Shown piece after piece: positions 28,530 to 37,402 of a DNA stretch of 56,992 nt. The translations under genes were made by a program, and so were the position numbers. Source of the stretch: a virus (lineage: Duplodnaviria > Caudoviricetes); IMG/VR virus record IMGVR_UViG_3300032238_000317, positions 1 through 56,992 of that record. One strand, 5' to 3'. The notes under the pieces were generated by a model, which saw only the letters and a program-made list of their open reading frames with translations, ran no database searches and had not been told where the DNA came from. The first letter of the stretch is position 1; every line of letters begins with the position of its first letter.

Positions 28530-30163
28530 GGTTTGTAAAACACAAACACGGGTTCATATTTCATTACCTTACCGTCTACCTTGCAAAAATTTTTGCATTT
28601 TGGAATTCCATTTTCATCTACACGATTTTGGCCAGGCATAGGTTCCAGTGCCATCTTTAGCGTATACATGTATTTCATTCCAAGACTCTCCAAGATATCT
28701 TTGCTATCCTTTTCTAGTGGAAGATATTCTCCTTTAATTAAAAGGTCTGCAATATTCCACAAAAGGTATCTATTATTTCTCAGAGATTCAACACAAGTTG
28801 TTAGGGTAGGACGAAGGAATCCATCTCTCCATGAATCATAATTTGAAAATTTCTTATATGATTGCGTGGGATCTTCCGAATATGCTTCTCTGTTAAAATA
28901 TGGAGGAGAAGTAAATACTAGATCGACTTGTCCCTTATATTTGGCGAATCCTTGAGAATCACCAATAACTTCTGATCCAAGTCTAAAGATTTCGTATGTA
29001 TTTGATTGGGAGAAGAACGAGTTTCCGCGATATGTTTTTGTATTATAAAAATCAGCAAGCGAACCGTATTTACCAGCACTGCCAAGATTAGCAGGATAGT
29101 TGTCGGTATTAGGATCAGTACCGATGTAATGTACCACTCTGTCATCTGCAACGGCCATAGCACCAAGAATGCGACCGCCCCAACCAGCGGAGGGATCGTA
29201 TATATTAACCACTTCTTGATCCTTGCAATGTTCTGTGAATCTTTCATAAAGATACTTTGCTGTTAGTGGTGGAAAATTTACTGCGGGTTGAATGTAACCG
29301 ATTCTAAAGCACTTAAATCCCGAAGGAAAAACTTTCTCTCCCTTTCGGTACAAGCGAATAGCATAGATCTTGTCATCTGGCATATTATCTATATCAAAGT
29401 TGGAATGATGTCGATATTCCATCTTGTCTTTCCAAGACAATACTTGTTCTTTTGATATCATCAGAACATCAGATCTATCCAACTGAAAGTATCCAGTATT
29501 CATTCCAATTTTTGGTTCCACTTGTTCAAGTAGAAAATCATGATCTTTGAAAATAGAAGGATTGCTAAAATATGCCTCTAACCATTCTTGACCATTTGCT
29601 ACATCTATAATTGCATACTTTGGGGAATGCTTAAGTGCAGAAAGTGCATGAGAGTAGAATGAATCACGACGAAGATGACGCATAGATCCCTTTACAACTC
29701 GCTCTAATAGATCAGGATCTGCAACAAGATCATAAATGGAATAACCATTATCCTTTTCAGAATAATTGATTCTAGTCTTGAACATGTTAGAGAACCACTG
29801 ATCGACTTCCACTCCTACGCGACACTTGTTGATAATGACATCGTTCACTCTACCATCGGAGAGTTCATCAATATATTCAAATTCATGAACAGGATAAGAT
29901 TCAAGACGATTGAAACTGTCTATGATTTCCTGCTCATTCTTTCCTGTGCGCGGAGGACAACCAAAGGTGTCCCAGGCATATTTGATTTCTTCTCTCAGCA
30001 AAACAACCCAATCCTTAAACTGATCGGGTGTCATCGCAAGAAGATCTTCAAAGTATACATTTATCTTTGAATTGATTATATAATCATTACGCTGATATTC
30101 AGGAGCAGGGGAGTTCTTGATTTTTGTATTTCCAGTAATAGACATGGCCAGGTAGAGTTCCAC
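28526..30163 (-). CDS. DNA amino-methyltransferase, paralog 2 (start uncertain)
   Basis: AVNFPPLTAKYLYE, DPSAGWGGRILG, GTDPN, FTSPPYF, YEPVFVF. Confidence 0.8.
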   Translation of the reverse strand: MELYLAMSITGNTKIKNSPAPEYQRNDYIINSKINVYFEDLLAMTPDQFKDWVVLLREEIKYAWDTFGCPPRTGKNEQEIIDSFNRLESYPVHEFEYIDELSDGRVNDVIINKCRVGVEVDQWFSNMFKTRINYSEKDNGYSIYDLVADPDLLERVVKGSMRHLRRDSFYSHALSALKHSPKYAIIDVANGQEWLEAYFSNPSIFKDHDFLLEQVEPKIGMNTGYFQLDRSDVLMISKEQVLSWKDKMEYRHHSNFDIDNMPDDKIYAIRLYRKGEKVFPSGFKCFRIGYIQPAVNFPPLTAKYLYERFTEHCKDQEVVNIYDPSAGWGGRILGAMAVADDRVVHYIGTDPNTDNYPANLGSAGKYGSLADFYNTKTYRGNSFFSQSNTYEIFRLGSEVIGDSQGFAKYKGQVDLVFTSPPYFNREAYSEDPTQSYKKFSNYDSWRDGFLRPTLTTCVESLRNNRYLLWNIADLLIKGEYLPLEKDSKDILESLGMKYMYTLKMALEPMPGQNRVDENGIPKCKNFCKVDGKVMKYEPVFVFYKP

Positions 30164-30557
30164 TCTTCCAACTTATATCACCGATTAGTTGAAAGTCATT
30201 CTTCTTATAAAAATTTATTGCACGGAGATTGTCCGCACGAACCGATAAGTATACATCTCTTTCGCACCATTGCAAGAACTCATTTAATAACTTTCCTGCA
30301 TTACCGTTTCCCTTTTGGGTATTCAGTATTTGTTTTATGGTACAAGAACCTCTAGGTGCAATGACATTTCCTATGTTATTGTTTCTCTTATAGAAATTGT
30401 ACATTATAATTACACCATCGGAATACACACAGTTGGATTTTTCTATCATTCGATAGATGTAATCTGTTCTGATGTGCGGAAAAATATTTCTATTTTGTCC
30501 AAATGCTTCTTTTATGGCATCGTAATCTGATAATGTAGCAACTGGTATTGCGATCAT
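30099..30557 (-). CDS. GNAT-family acetyltransferase
   Basis: QKGNGNAGKLL (acetyl-CoA motif A), VYLSVRADNLRAINFYKKNDF (motif B). Confidence 0.8.
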   Translation of the reverse strand: MIAIPVATLSDYDAIKEAFGQNRNIFPHIRTDYIYRMIEKSNCVYSDGVIIMYNFYKRNNNIGNVIAPRGSCTIKQILNTQKGNGNAGKLLNEFLQWCERDVYLSVRADNLRAINFYKKNDFQLIGDISWKSGTLPGHVYYWKYKNQELPCS

Positions 30558-32269
30558 TTTATCACACTAAAGTTATTCTTCTTCACAAAGGTAATATGGT
30601 TCTCAAACTTGTCTTGTAGTAGTTCTTTTGGTTTGTGACTGATTACAAATATATTTGTATTCTTTTTCACACTCTTGAGAATATCTAGGAAAGATTCAGT
30701 TGAAGTATCGTCCAGACTACCATCAAGTACTTCATCAAAAATCAACAGATTGCAATTTACAGAATTCTTAAGTTGTGCAGTTGCTCTCCATGCAAACAGC
30801 AAAGCAAGATCTATCTTTCTCTTCTCTCCCTCACTAAAACTATCGTAGGTAAAGATATCCCTGTGCCGACTTTTGATGGTTTCCGCGAAGTTCTCGTCCA
30901 GTTCAAACTTGACAAAGAAATTCATCTGATTTAGATAATTATTAATTATCTTATTCATGATTGGAAGATAATGCTTGATGATCTTTGCTTTGATACCACC
31001 ATCTTTGATCAGATTGCTGATGATGTTATAATAGTAAGCATCTTCCAAGAACGACTTGCGCTTGTCGGTATGCTCCTGTATATCAGTTTTAAATTGAGTA
31101 AGAACTTCTTGTTCTTTTTCAATATTTTCAGAATCTTTGGTTAAATCATTAATATTATTTTGAATTTTTAGTATGTACTTACCTGTGCTAGTAAGTTGAC
31201 TATTTTTGGTACTTAGTTCTTTTTCAAGAGCAAGCATCTTCTTACCAATAGTACTAATGTCACTGATTCTTTTATCTGCTTCTGATATTTTCTGAGACAA
31301 TTGAATCAAACCATCACTATATTGTTTAAGTTTGGAAGTCTTTTCGTTAATATGATCACACTTAACTTGTTCATTTAGAGGTTGAGAACAAGTAGGGCAA
31401 TTATCATTATTTTTATAGAATTCTAAACTCTTTTCTGTGCTTTTTAGATTCACTTCAATTTGATCTTGAAGAGAAGTCAATTTAATTTTTGTCTCATGGA
31501 TGTCCACAGAATCAGCAATATTTTCAGAATACTGTTGAATATTTTTATTAATTTCTTCTATTTCAACAGTCAACTCTTCCATCAGTTTAGTAGATTCTTT
31601 AATCTCTTCCGTGTACTTGTCTAGAGTTTGCTGACTATTATTCTTAAGATTGTCTATGATTTTTTGCTGACTCTCTTGCTTGTGCTTTAGAATCTTTATA
31701 GAATCGTCAATCTCTTTCATATCATCTTTAAGTAGAGCAACCTTTCCCTTAAGAACATTGTTCATTACGGAAAAAATGTTGATATCAAGCAATGCTTCTA
31801 CGATGTTTCTACGATCTGCTGCGCTCAAACGCATGAAGGGTGTGTAGTTGGTAGAACCCAAAATAACAACTTGACAAAAAGACTTATGACTCATCTTTAG
31901 GATCTGTGTTTCAAACATCTCCTGATAGTCTTTTGCTTTTGCGTCCTGATTGATTAACTTACCATCTTTATAGATTTCAAATATCTTAGGAGACAGTCCG
32001 CGCACAACTTTATAAGTTGCTTCGTTTACGGAAAATTCAATCTCAACCTTTAGATCCTTTTCATTGATGGAGTTTACAAGTTGAGGAATATTGATATTTC
32101 TATATGGTTTGCCAAATAAAACAAAAGACAACGCATCCAACATCGTAGTCTTTCCTGCACCATTATCTCCATTGATAAGAGTGGTTTTAGATTTTAGAAA
32201 ATCAATTTCTGTAAAAGTATTGCCTGTTGAAAGAAAATTCTTCCAACGAATCTTAATAAATTTAATCAC
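30554..32269 (-). CDS. gp46: Recombination endonuclease ATPase subunit (T4 gp46, Rad50/SbcC-like)
   Basis: WKNFLSTGN, GDNGAGKTT, CPTC zinc hook, FSEGEK, LIFDEVLD, VISH. Confidence 0.96.
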   Translation of the reverse strand: MIKFIKIRWKNFLSTGNTFTEIDFLKSKTTLINGDNGAGKTTMLDALSFVLFGKPYRNINIPQLVNSINEKDLKVEIEFSVNEATYKVVRGLSPKIFEIYKDGKLINQDAKAKDYQEMFETQILKMSHKSFCQVVILGSTNYTPFMRLSAADRRNIVEALLDINIFSVMNNVLKGKVALLKDDMKEIDDSIKILKHKQESQQKIIDNLKNNSQQTLDKYTEEIKESTKLMEELTVEIEEINKNIQQYSENIADSVDIHETKIKLTSLQDQIEVNLKSTEKSLEFYKNNDNCPTCSQPLNEQVKCDHINEKTSKLKQYSDGLIQLSQKISEADKRISDISTIGKKMLALEKELSTKNSQLTSTGKYILKIQNNINDLTKDSENIEKEQEVLTQFKTDIQEHTDKRKSFLEDAYYYNIISNLIKDGGIKAKIIKHYLPIMNKIINNYLNQMNFFVKFELDENFAETIKSRHRDIFTYDSFSEGEKRKIDLALLFAWRATAQLKNSVNCNLLIFDEVLDGSLDDTSTESFLDILKSVKKNTNIFVISHKPKELLQDKFENHITFVKKNNFSVIK

Positions 32270-32280
32270 AAATTACTCCG

Positions 32281-32844
32281 TCACTTATGATGACTTGGTT
32301 TCTTTCTCACAAGAACTGCTCTACGCTTCATTGAAAGTTTGCGCTTTCTGTTTGCAAGTCTTCTCTTCTTTCTTGCCTTGCGAGCAGAGATTCTTGCTCT
32401 TCTCTTCATTTTGTTAAGTTGTGCAGTTGGTCTGCGACGGCAGGATCTTCCTATCTTCATCTGCCCTGGTCCGCATTTAAAGATAACCTTACGCTTACCC
32501 CCACGAACCGCAAGAGTTCTCTTTACCGCTCCTTCTAATAGTGAAGGATCTGTGGTGCTAAGATACTGTATCTCGTATACTTCGTCTAGAGGTGTGGTAT
32601 AGAATCCTTCATCTTCTTCAAGTAGAAGAGTATTATCTTCCTCGTCTATTTCAAAATCAGTTATGTCGTCAAATACATCATCAAAATTTTCATTTATAAT
32701 AAATGATCTGTTTGTAGCACCTATGATTTCAAAATCATAGGAATCAAAAATATGCTCAACCAAGTCTTTATTCTCGGGAGCAAATAAAATTTGGGTACTA
32801 TGTTCTGAATGTTCTACGAGTGTAAATGAAAATCCATTGTTCAT
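32281..32844 (-). CDS. Acidic-N / Arg-Lys-rich-C protein resembling prohead core protein gp68
   Basis: Acidic first half ending LLEG; C-terminal KRRARISARKARKKRRLANRKRKLSMKRR, like T4-family gp68. Confidence 0.55.
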   Translation of the reverse strand: MNNGFSFTLVEHSEHSTQILFAPENKDLVEHIFDSYDFEIIGATNRSFIINENFDDVFDDITDFEIDEEDNTLLLEEDEGFYTTPLDEVYEIQYLSTTDPSLLEGAVKRTLAVRGGKRKVIFKCGPGQMKIGRSCRRRPTAQLNKMKRRARISARKARKKRRLANRKRKLSMKRRAVLVRKKPSHHK

Positions 32845-33431
32845 GCTATTTGTCCTTTAGAATTATTTAGTTCTAAGAGGCCTTCTGTGAACCACAGGGG
32901 AGTTTCTCTGTGAGTCCATTTAGCAATCCTGCTCTTTTCATGGATATAATATTGACGGTATGCAGCAACGGCATCCGCTGTCACCTTGTACTTATCTGGC
33001 ATTGCTTGTGCGTATTCGGTACGATGGTCAATATCATTTGTGAAAAACGCATGAGGAATTTCATAAAGAATATTCTCATACAGTTTTTGCATTTTATGTT
33101 CCTTATTGTACCTATGGGTATACTCCTTGCACAAAGCATAACCATGATGCACCAACCAGTTGTAATTGTGCAACGATTCAAATGCCCACTTTGTGCATGG
33201 GTGGTTTACCATTACTGCTTTGCAGAGCAGCAAATCCCATTGACTATTAGGATGTTGCCAACGCTTAACTTTACGATTATTAGCAGTGACTTCGATGTAT
33301 TGATTGCCGTCCATTACACGATGGACAGTTGATGCCATCTGAGCGGTTTCTACAATCATTTTTACGACATGCTTGTCACAAAGACTTTGTGCAGCAACAA
33401 CGGGATCATGATCTACTACGAAGATATTCAT
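32841..33431 (-). CDS. Pyrimidine-dimer DNA glycosylase / endonuclease V-like protein
   Basis: MNIFVVD...CDKHVVKM..ETAQ, NHPCTKW, EYTHRYNKEH, QAMPD, AYRQYY. Confidence 0.75.
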   Translation of the reverse strand: MNIFVVDHDPVVAAQSLCDKHVVKMIVETAQMASTVHRVMDGNQYIEVTANNRKVKRWQHPNSQWDLLLCKAVMVNHPCTKWAFESLHNYNWLVHHGYALCKEYTHRYNKEHKMQKLYENILYEIPHAFFTNDIDHRTEYAQAMPDKYKVTADAVAAYRQYYIHEKSRIAKWTHRETPLWFTEGLLELNNSKGQIA

Positions 33432-33438
33432 AGCACTT

Positions 33439-33467
33439 AGTATACCACATCACTCTTCGATTGTCAA
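33439..33467 (-). promoter_or_regulatory. Sigma70-type promoter TTGACA-N17-TATACT
   Basis: Extended -10 TG; 7 nt to the ATG at 33431; no SD in between. Confidence 0.75.
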
Positions 33468-34499
33468 ACTCTCCACATAAAGATCATGAATCATTTTCTT
33501 TAATTTCAATTTATTGTCAATGTTTTCCATCTTGTCGATTTCTTCATTGATCAAACTGATGGTGTCTTTTGATACATCGTCAACAGATGCTGCCATTATT
33601 TGTTGATCGGAATAGTCTTCGATGATGCTGATTTCATATACACCGTTATCATATAGCGATTGTACAAAACTATCAAACATCACTGGATTTGTTTTGTTCT
33701 GTACAATGACTTTTACGAATGATTTGGAATACTGAGCAAAATCAGTTTCCAACATGTCGTAGTTTTTATCATCGTATCCGATCTGATAGAACAGTTTGTT
33801 TGGACTCTTGATGTATTCAAGTTCACGGGTATCGGTATCAAATACATGGAATCCCTTCTTTTCGTTGAGATCATTGAATGTAATCTGATACTGAGTACCA
33901 AGATATTCTACATTTTTATCGGATTGCTTGCAGTGAAAATGTCCTGAGAATACTTTATCAAACTTAGAAAATAGATTTACATCCAATCCTTCTTCGTGCT
34001 TTACTCCACGCAGTACTTGGAATCCAGCGATTTCAAGATGTCCAATAGCATATTCTGCATTGGTTGATTGAATTGCCTTGATGCTTTCATCGTAATTTGA
34101 TTTGTTAATCCAAGGAAGTGCAAGAAACTTTACACCATCATCCATTTCAATCTCTGCGGGAGAAGAAATGATATGCATCTTAGATCCAAACAATTCCCTT
34201 ACGGAATTGATATCATTTGTATTTCTAAAATAGGTATCATGGTTACCAATGGTGCAATAAAAATTAATATTCAGTTCTTCGATCTTCTTTATGAAGCGAG
34301 ACTGAACAGCGGAAAGAGTATGAAAATTTACATACTTTCTGCGATCTAGAAGATCTCCTAAATGAAATACCGTATTGATGTTGTTCTTGACCAAGTAAGG
34401 AAAGAACTCTTTTTCAAAGTAGGATAGAAAATGTTCTAGAAAAATCGGGGAATCGTTTCTAGCACCAAAATGGGTATCATTTATCAGAGCAATCTTCAT
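33450..34499 (-). CDS. gp47: Recombination endonuclease nuclease subunit (T4 gp47, Mre11/SbcD-like)
   Basis: DTHFG, HLGDLLDRR, GNHD, GHLE, SGHFH. Confidence 0.96.
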   Translation of the reverse strand: MKIALINDTHFGARNDSPIFLEHFLSYFEKEFFPYLVKNNINTVFHLGDLLDRRKYVNFHTLSAVQSRFIKKIEELNINFYCTIGNHDTYFRNTNDINSVRELFGSKMHIISSPAEIEMDDGVKFLALPWINKSNYDESIKAIQSTNAEYAIGHLEIAGFQVLRGVKHEEGLDVNLFSKFDKVFSGHFHCKQSDKNVEYLGTQYQITFNDLNEKKGFHVFDTDTRELEYIKSPNKLFYQIGYDDKNYDMLETDFAQYSKSFVKVIVQNKTNPVMFDSFVQSLYDNGVYEISIIEDYSDQQIMAASVDDVSKDTISLINEEIDKMENIDNKLKLKKMIHDLYVESLTIEE

Positions 34500-35038
34500 G
34501 CAACATCCCCATCAAATAGATCTATATTTTTCTTCTTTTTCTTCTTGGATGGTTTTGCTTCTTCTACTGCATCCATCTGCTTGTAGTTCTCTGCTTCGTC
34601 TTCGTTGATTCCCATCTGTTTCAGATAGTCACTCAGATCTCCATGAACATCCATAGATTGCAGATACTTATACTTGATATAGTTTTGCTTCTTTTCTTTT
34701 TGAATTCTGCGTAAAAAAGCAAAATAGGTTATTTGAGTAAAATATGAAAATGGATTGTGGGATTTTTCACCGTCAAAATTCTCACAATAGAGTAAGCAGT
34801 TTTCTACTGCATCACCAATCATTTCATCTTTGAACGGATAGTTTACAAAGTTTGGTTTCTTTGCCAAGTTTAAGGCAATTTCCAAAAAGCATTGTCCAAT
34901 ATAAGTTGTAATCGGAGGAGGAGTTTCGCCAGTTTCTCTCGCTTCCTTTACTTTACTTTTCCATTCTGTAATTTCTTTGAAGAACTCTTCATTACTGATG
35001 TAATGTGAGTCTGATTTCTTTTTCTTCTTTTTAGTCAT
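34496..35038 (-). CDS. gp55: Late-transcription sigma factor (T4 gp55)
   Basis: HYISNEEF, YIGQCFLEIA, PNFVNY, EMIGDAVENC, NPFSYFTQI, AFLRRIQKEKKQ. Confidence 0.95.
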   Translation of the reverse strand: MTKKKKKKSDSHYISNEEFFKEITEWKSKVKEARETGETPPPITTYIGQCFLEIALNLAKKPNFVNYPFKDEMIGDAVENCLLYCENFDGEKSHNPFSYFTQITYFAFLRRIQKEKKQNYIKYKYLQSMDVHGDLSDYLKQMGINEDEAENYKQMDAVEEAKPSKKKKKKNIDLFDGDVA

Positions 35039-35061
35039 ACTATCCTTTCACATGACGCTGG

Positions 35062-35089
35062 ATTATAGCACAGCACAAACTTTAATCAA
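35062..35089 (-). promoter_or_regulatory. Sigma70-type promoter TTGATT-N16-TATAAT upstream of gp55
   Basis: Minus strand TTGATT aaagtttgtgctgtgc TATAAT. Confidence 0.7.
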
Positions 35090-35113
35090 GTGAAAAATCT
35101 TAGAAGAAACCAC

Positions 35114-35141
35114 TTGACAAGTTTTTTTGCATGATTATAAT
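35114..35141 (+). promoter_or_regulatory. Orphan antisense sigma70 promoter TTGACA-N16-TATAAT
   Basis: Both boxes perfect on the + strand; no + strand ORF downstream. Confidence 0.7.
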
Positions 35142-35169
35142 CACTGTGTGGGCTATCAAGAGGAATAGG

Positions 35170-35192
35170 CTTAAGACCTTAAGTTACTTAAG
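35170..35192. repeat. Three tandem CTTAAG palindromes
   Basis: CTTAAG at 35170-35175, 35178-35183 and 35187-35192. Confidence 0.85.
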
Positions 35193-35870
35193 GTAGTCGT
35201 TGGGATTGTTCGACCAACTCTTGGGATCCTTGGGGTCCCCATTTTCATCATAGGGAAGATCAAAAGATTCCTTTGGAGGAATGCGATTTTTTGCTTTCTT
35301 TCTTTTTGGAAGTTTATTTGCAGGAGCAGGAAGTTCGGTTTGTTCGGGTTCTTCATCATCGAACTCATCCATATCCTCTTCTTCCATATCCATTTCAGAA
35401 TTAATTTCATCCAAGAGTCCATCCAATCCCATTTGAATGTTTTCCATTAAAATCTGGAAATGCTCTGGATCTTCAAAATTAAAACTTAAGTTTAGATTTC
35501 CAGCAACTCCCTGCTGCTTGGATTCATCCTCTGGATCCGTATTTGGATCAGCATTATCCTGTTGCTGATTTAATTTCTCTGCTATCTCTAGTTCCTTAAA
35601 ATAAAAATCTAAGATCTGTTTATTAGCAGGAACGGTAGATATGATTGTATTTAAAGATAATGATATTTGTTTTTCATCTGTAAAATCAAACAGACGCTTG
35701 AATACTAAAATATCTTTTACTTTCATACCAAGTTGATTTGTAATAGACATCACCTGATATACCAAAGGTTGTTCCAATGTTATATTTTTCTTGGAAGAGG
35801 ATGTCACCAACAAACCAACCAGAGTTTCACCGCTGGTCAATTTAACGAGTACATACTTCTTTTCGTCCAT
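35184..35870 (-). CDS. Hypothetical protein resembling the conserved T4-like gene downstream of uvsW (Sm-like N-terminus, acidic tail)
   Basis: LVKLTSGETLVG N-terminus; SD GGAGG; TATAAATA at 35888-35895. Confidence 0.7.
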   Translation of the reverse strand: MDEKKYVLVKLTSGETLVGLLVTSSSKKNITLEQPLVYQVMSITNQLGMKVKDILVFKRLFDFTDEKQISLSLNTIISTVPANKQILDFYFKELEIAEKLNQQQDNADPNTDPEDESKQQGVAGNLNLSFNFEDPEHFQILMENIQMGLDGLLDEINSEMDMEEEDMDEFDDEEPEQTELPAPANKLPKRKKAKNRIPPKESFDLPYDENGDPKDPKSWSNNPNDYLK

Positions 35871-35890
35871 TGAAACCTCCTTCTAAGTAT

Positions 35891-37381
35891 TTATATAATC
35901 GGTATGGATATTTTCTTGTGTTCGAAGTGTTCCGATTCGTATATCTTTAAACGCTCTTCGTAGTGTTTTAGTGTGTGGTTTTTATAGGATTTCCACGATA
36001 GATCGTCTGCCAGATCGTATAACTTTGCTTTTTCTTTGAATTCCGATTTTCTTAATTGTCTTCCGATGCTTTGTAGTACTCTAACCCTGCTTTTAGATGG
36101 AGATGAAAATATAATATTATGAAGACGGCGGATAGACACACCTGTTGAAAAAGTCCCATATGACGCGATGATGATAGCATTTTCTTCCTCCTCTGCTATT
36201 TTGCGAACTGCTTCTCTGTCATCTATTTCGGTTCCACCATGTATGAAGAAAACTTTATGTTCTGTTTTCATATCATCGAACATCTTCTTTAATTTCATAC
36301 CGTGTTTTTCTACAAACTGAAATAGTATAAGAGTATTACCTTTTAGATTTGACGCAAGATTGCAAATAAATTCATTGCGTTTTTGATTCTGTACAATCCA
36401 ATCAATCTCTTCCTGATAGGTTATTTTCTTTAGTTCTTTGCGAACCTCATCAGGATATTTTAGTAATAAACAATCAATTGATAGATTGGACAGAATGTTT
36501 TTGTCCATCAATTCCTTGGTGGATGTTACTTTATATGATCTACCAAACAGTCCTTCGATTACCAATTTATGGGTAAGAGTACCATCTAGCGTACCTGTTG
36601 TTCCTATTCGATATGGACAGGTTTTTAATTTAGTCATTATGGTAGTTAATGACTTTGACTTGAACAAGTGACATTCATCACCAAACACAGCACCGAAGGG
36701 TTCATAGAACTTATTTGGTAGTTTGTATATGCTTTGCCATGTGGATATGACTACGCGCTTTGGTGATTCCTTATCCTGTCCACCATAGATCTTGTGACAC
36801 ATACGGTGTACATCAAAGTTGTCTAGTTTTGCATAATCAACAAAATCAGAATACATCTGCGATACGAGGGATATCGTTGGAACAAGAACAAGAACCTTTC
36901 TGTCCTTTGGTAACTTATTGAGATACCAACGAAGCAAGCAATAGATTATTAAACTTTTTCCAGATCCTGTTGGTGAAAGCAACAAGCATTTACCACTCTT
37001 GATTGAATGATAAATGCTTTCTAATTGATGAGAATGTACAGTTACTGGTTTACCAGATACAGAAAGATTCAGAGTCTTTATGAAATCCGATACCTGTTCT
37101 ATCGTGAGATCTTCACCACAGGATCGTGTATTGTCTTGAACAGAATAGTTTCTGTCTGCTGCAAACTTCAGGACATAATCATGTAACCCTGAATATATTT
37201 CCTGTTTGTATATGTTGTATAACTTGATCTGACCATCCCAGATACGATTACGATACGCTGGCATGAATTTATGGCCAGGTACTTTGAATGTAAAAAAGTC
37301 GGAAAGTTCCTTAGCAATGGATCTTTCACATGCGACTTTTACATACACAGAATCAATATCATCAATAATTAAATCAGTCAT
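35891..37381 (-). CDS. uvsW: SF2 DNA helicase UvsW
   Basis: WDGQIKL, SPTGSGKS, STWQS, GDECH, GTTGT, ASYGTFSTG, LQSIGR. Confidence 0.96.
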   Translation of the reverse strand: MTDLIIDDIDSVYVKVACERSIAKELSDFFTFKVPGHKFMPAYRNRIWDGQIKLYNIYKQEIYSGLHDYVLKFAADRNYSVQDNTRSCGEDLTIEQVSDFIKTLNLSVSGKPVTVHSHQLESIYHSIKSGKCLLLSPTGSGKSLIIYCLLRWYLNKLPKDRKVLVLVPTISLVSQMYSDFVDYAKLDNFDVHRMCHKIYGGQDKESPKRVVISTWQSIYKLPNKFYEPFGAVFGDECHLFKSKSLTTIMTKLKTCPYRIGTTGTLDGTLTHKLVIEGLFGRSYKVTSTKELMDKNILSNLSIDCLLLKYPDEVRKELKKITYQEEIDWIVQNQKRNEFICNLASNLKGNTLILFQFVEKHGMKLKKMFDDMKTEHKVFFIHGGTEIDDREAVRKIAEEEENAIIIASYGTFSTGVSIRRLHNIIFSSPSKSRVRVLQSIGRQLRKSEFKEKAKLYDLADDLSWKSYKNHTLKHYEERLKIYESEHFEHKKISIPII

Positions 37382-37400
37382 GTCCTTATTATTTAGGACA
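37381..37400 (-). promoter_or_regulatory. RBS-sequestering hairpin with embedded late promoter upstream of uvsW
   Basis: mRNA UGUCCU-AAAUAAUA-AGGACA-UG: 6-bp stem covers the SD and the A of AUG; CTAAATA at 37390-37396. Confidence 0.6.
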
Positions 37401-37402
37401 GT

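Noticed and set aside
35039-35183. tRNA or other known structured RNA in intergenic gaps
   Set aside because: No cloverleaf or T-loop (GTTCGA) context seen; gaps are short and explained by promoters and terminators.
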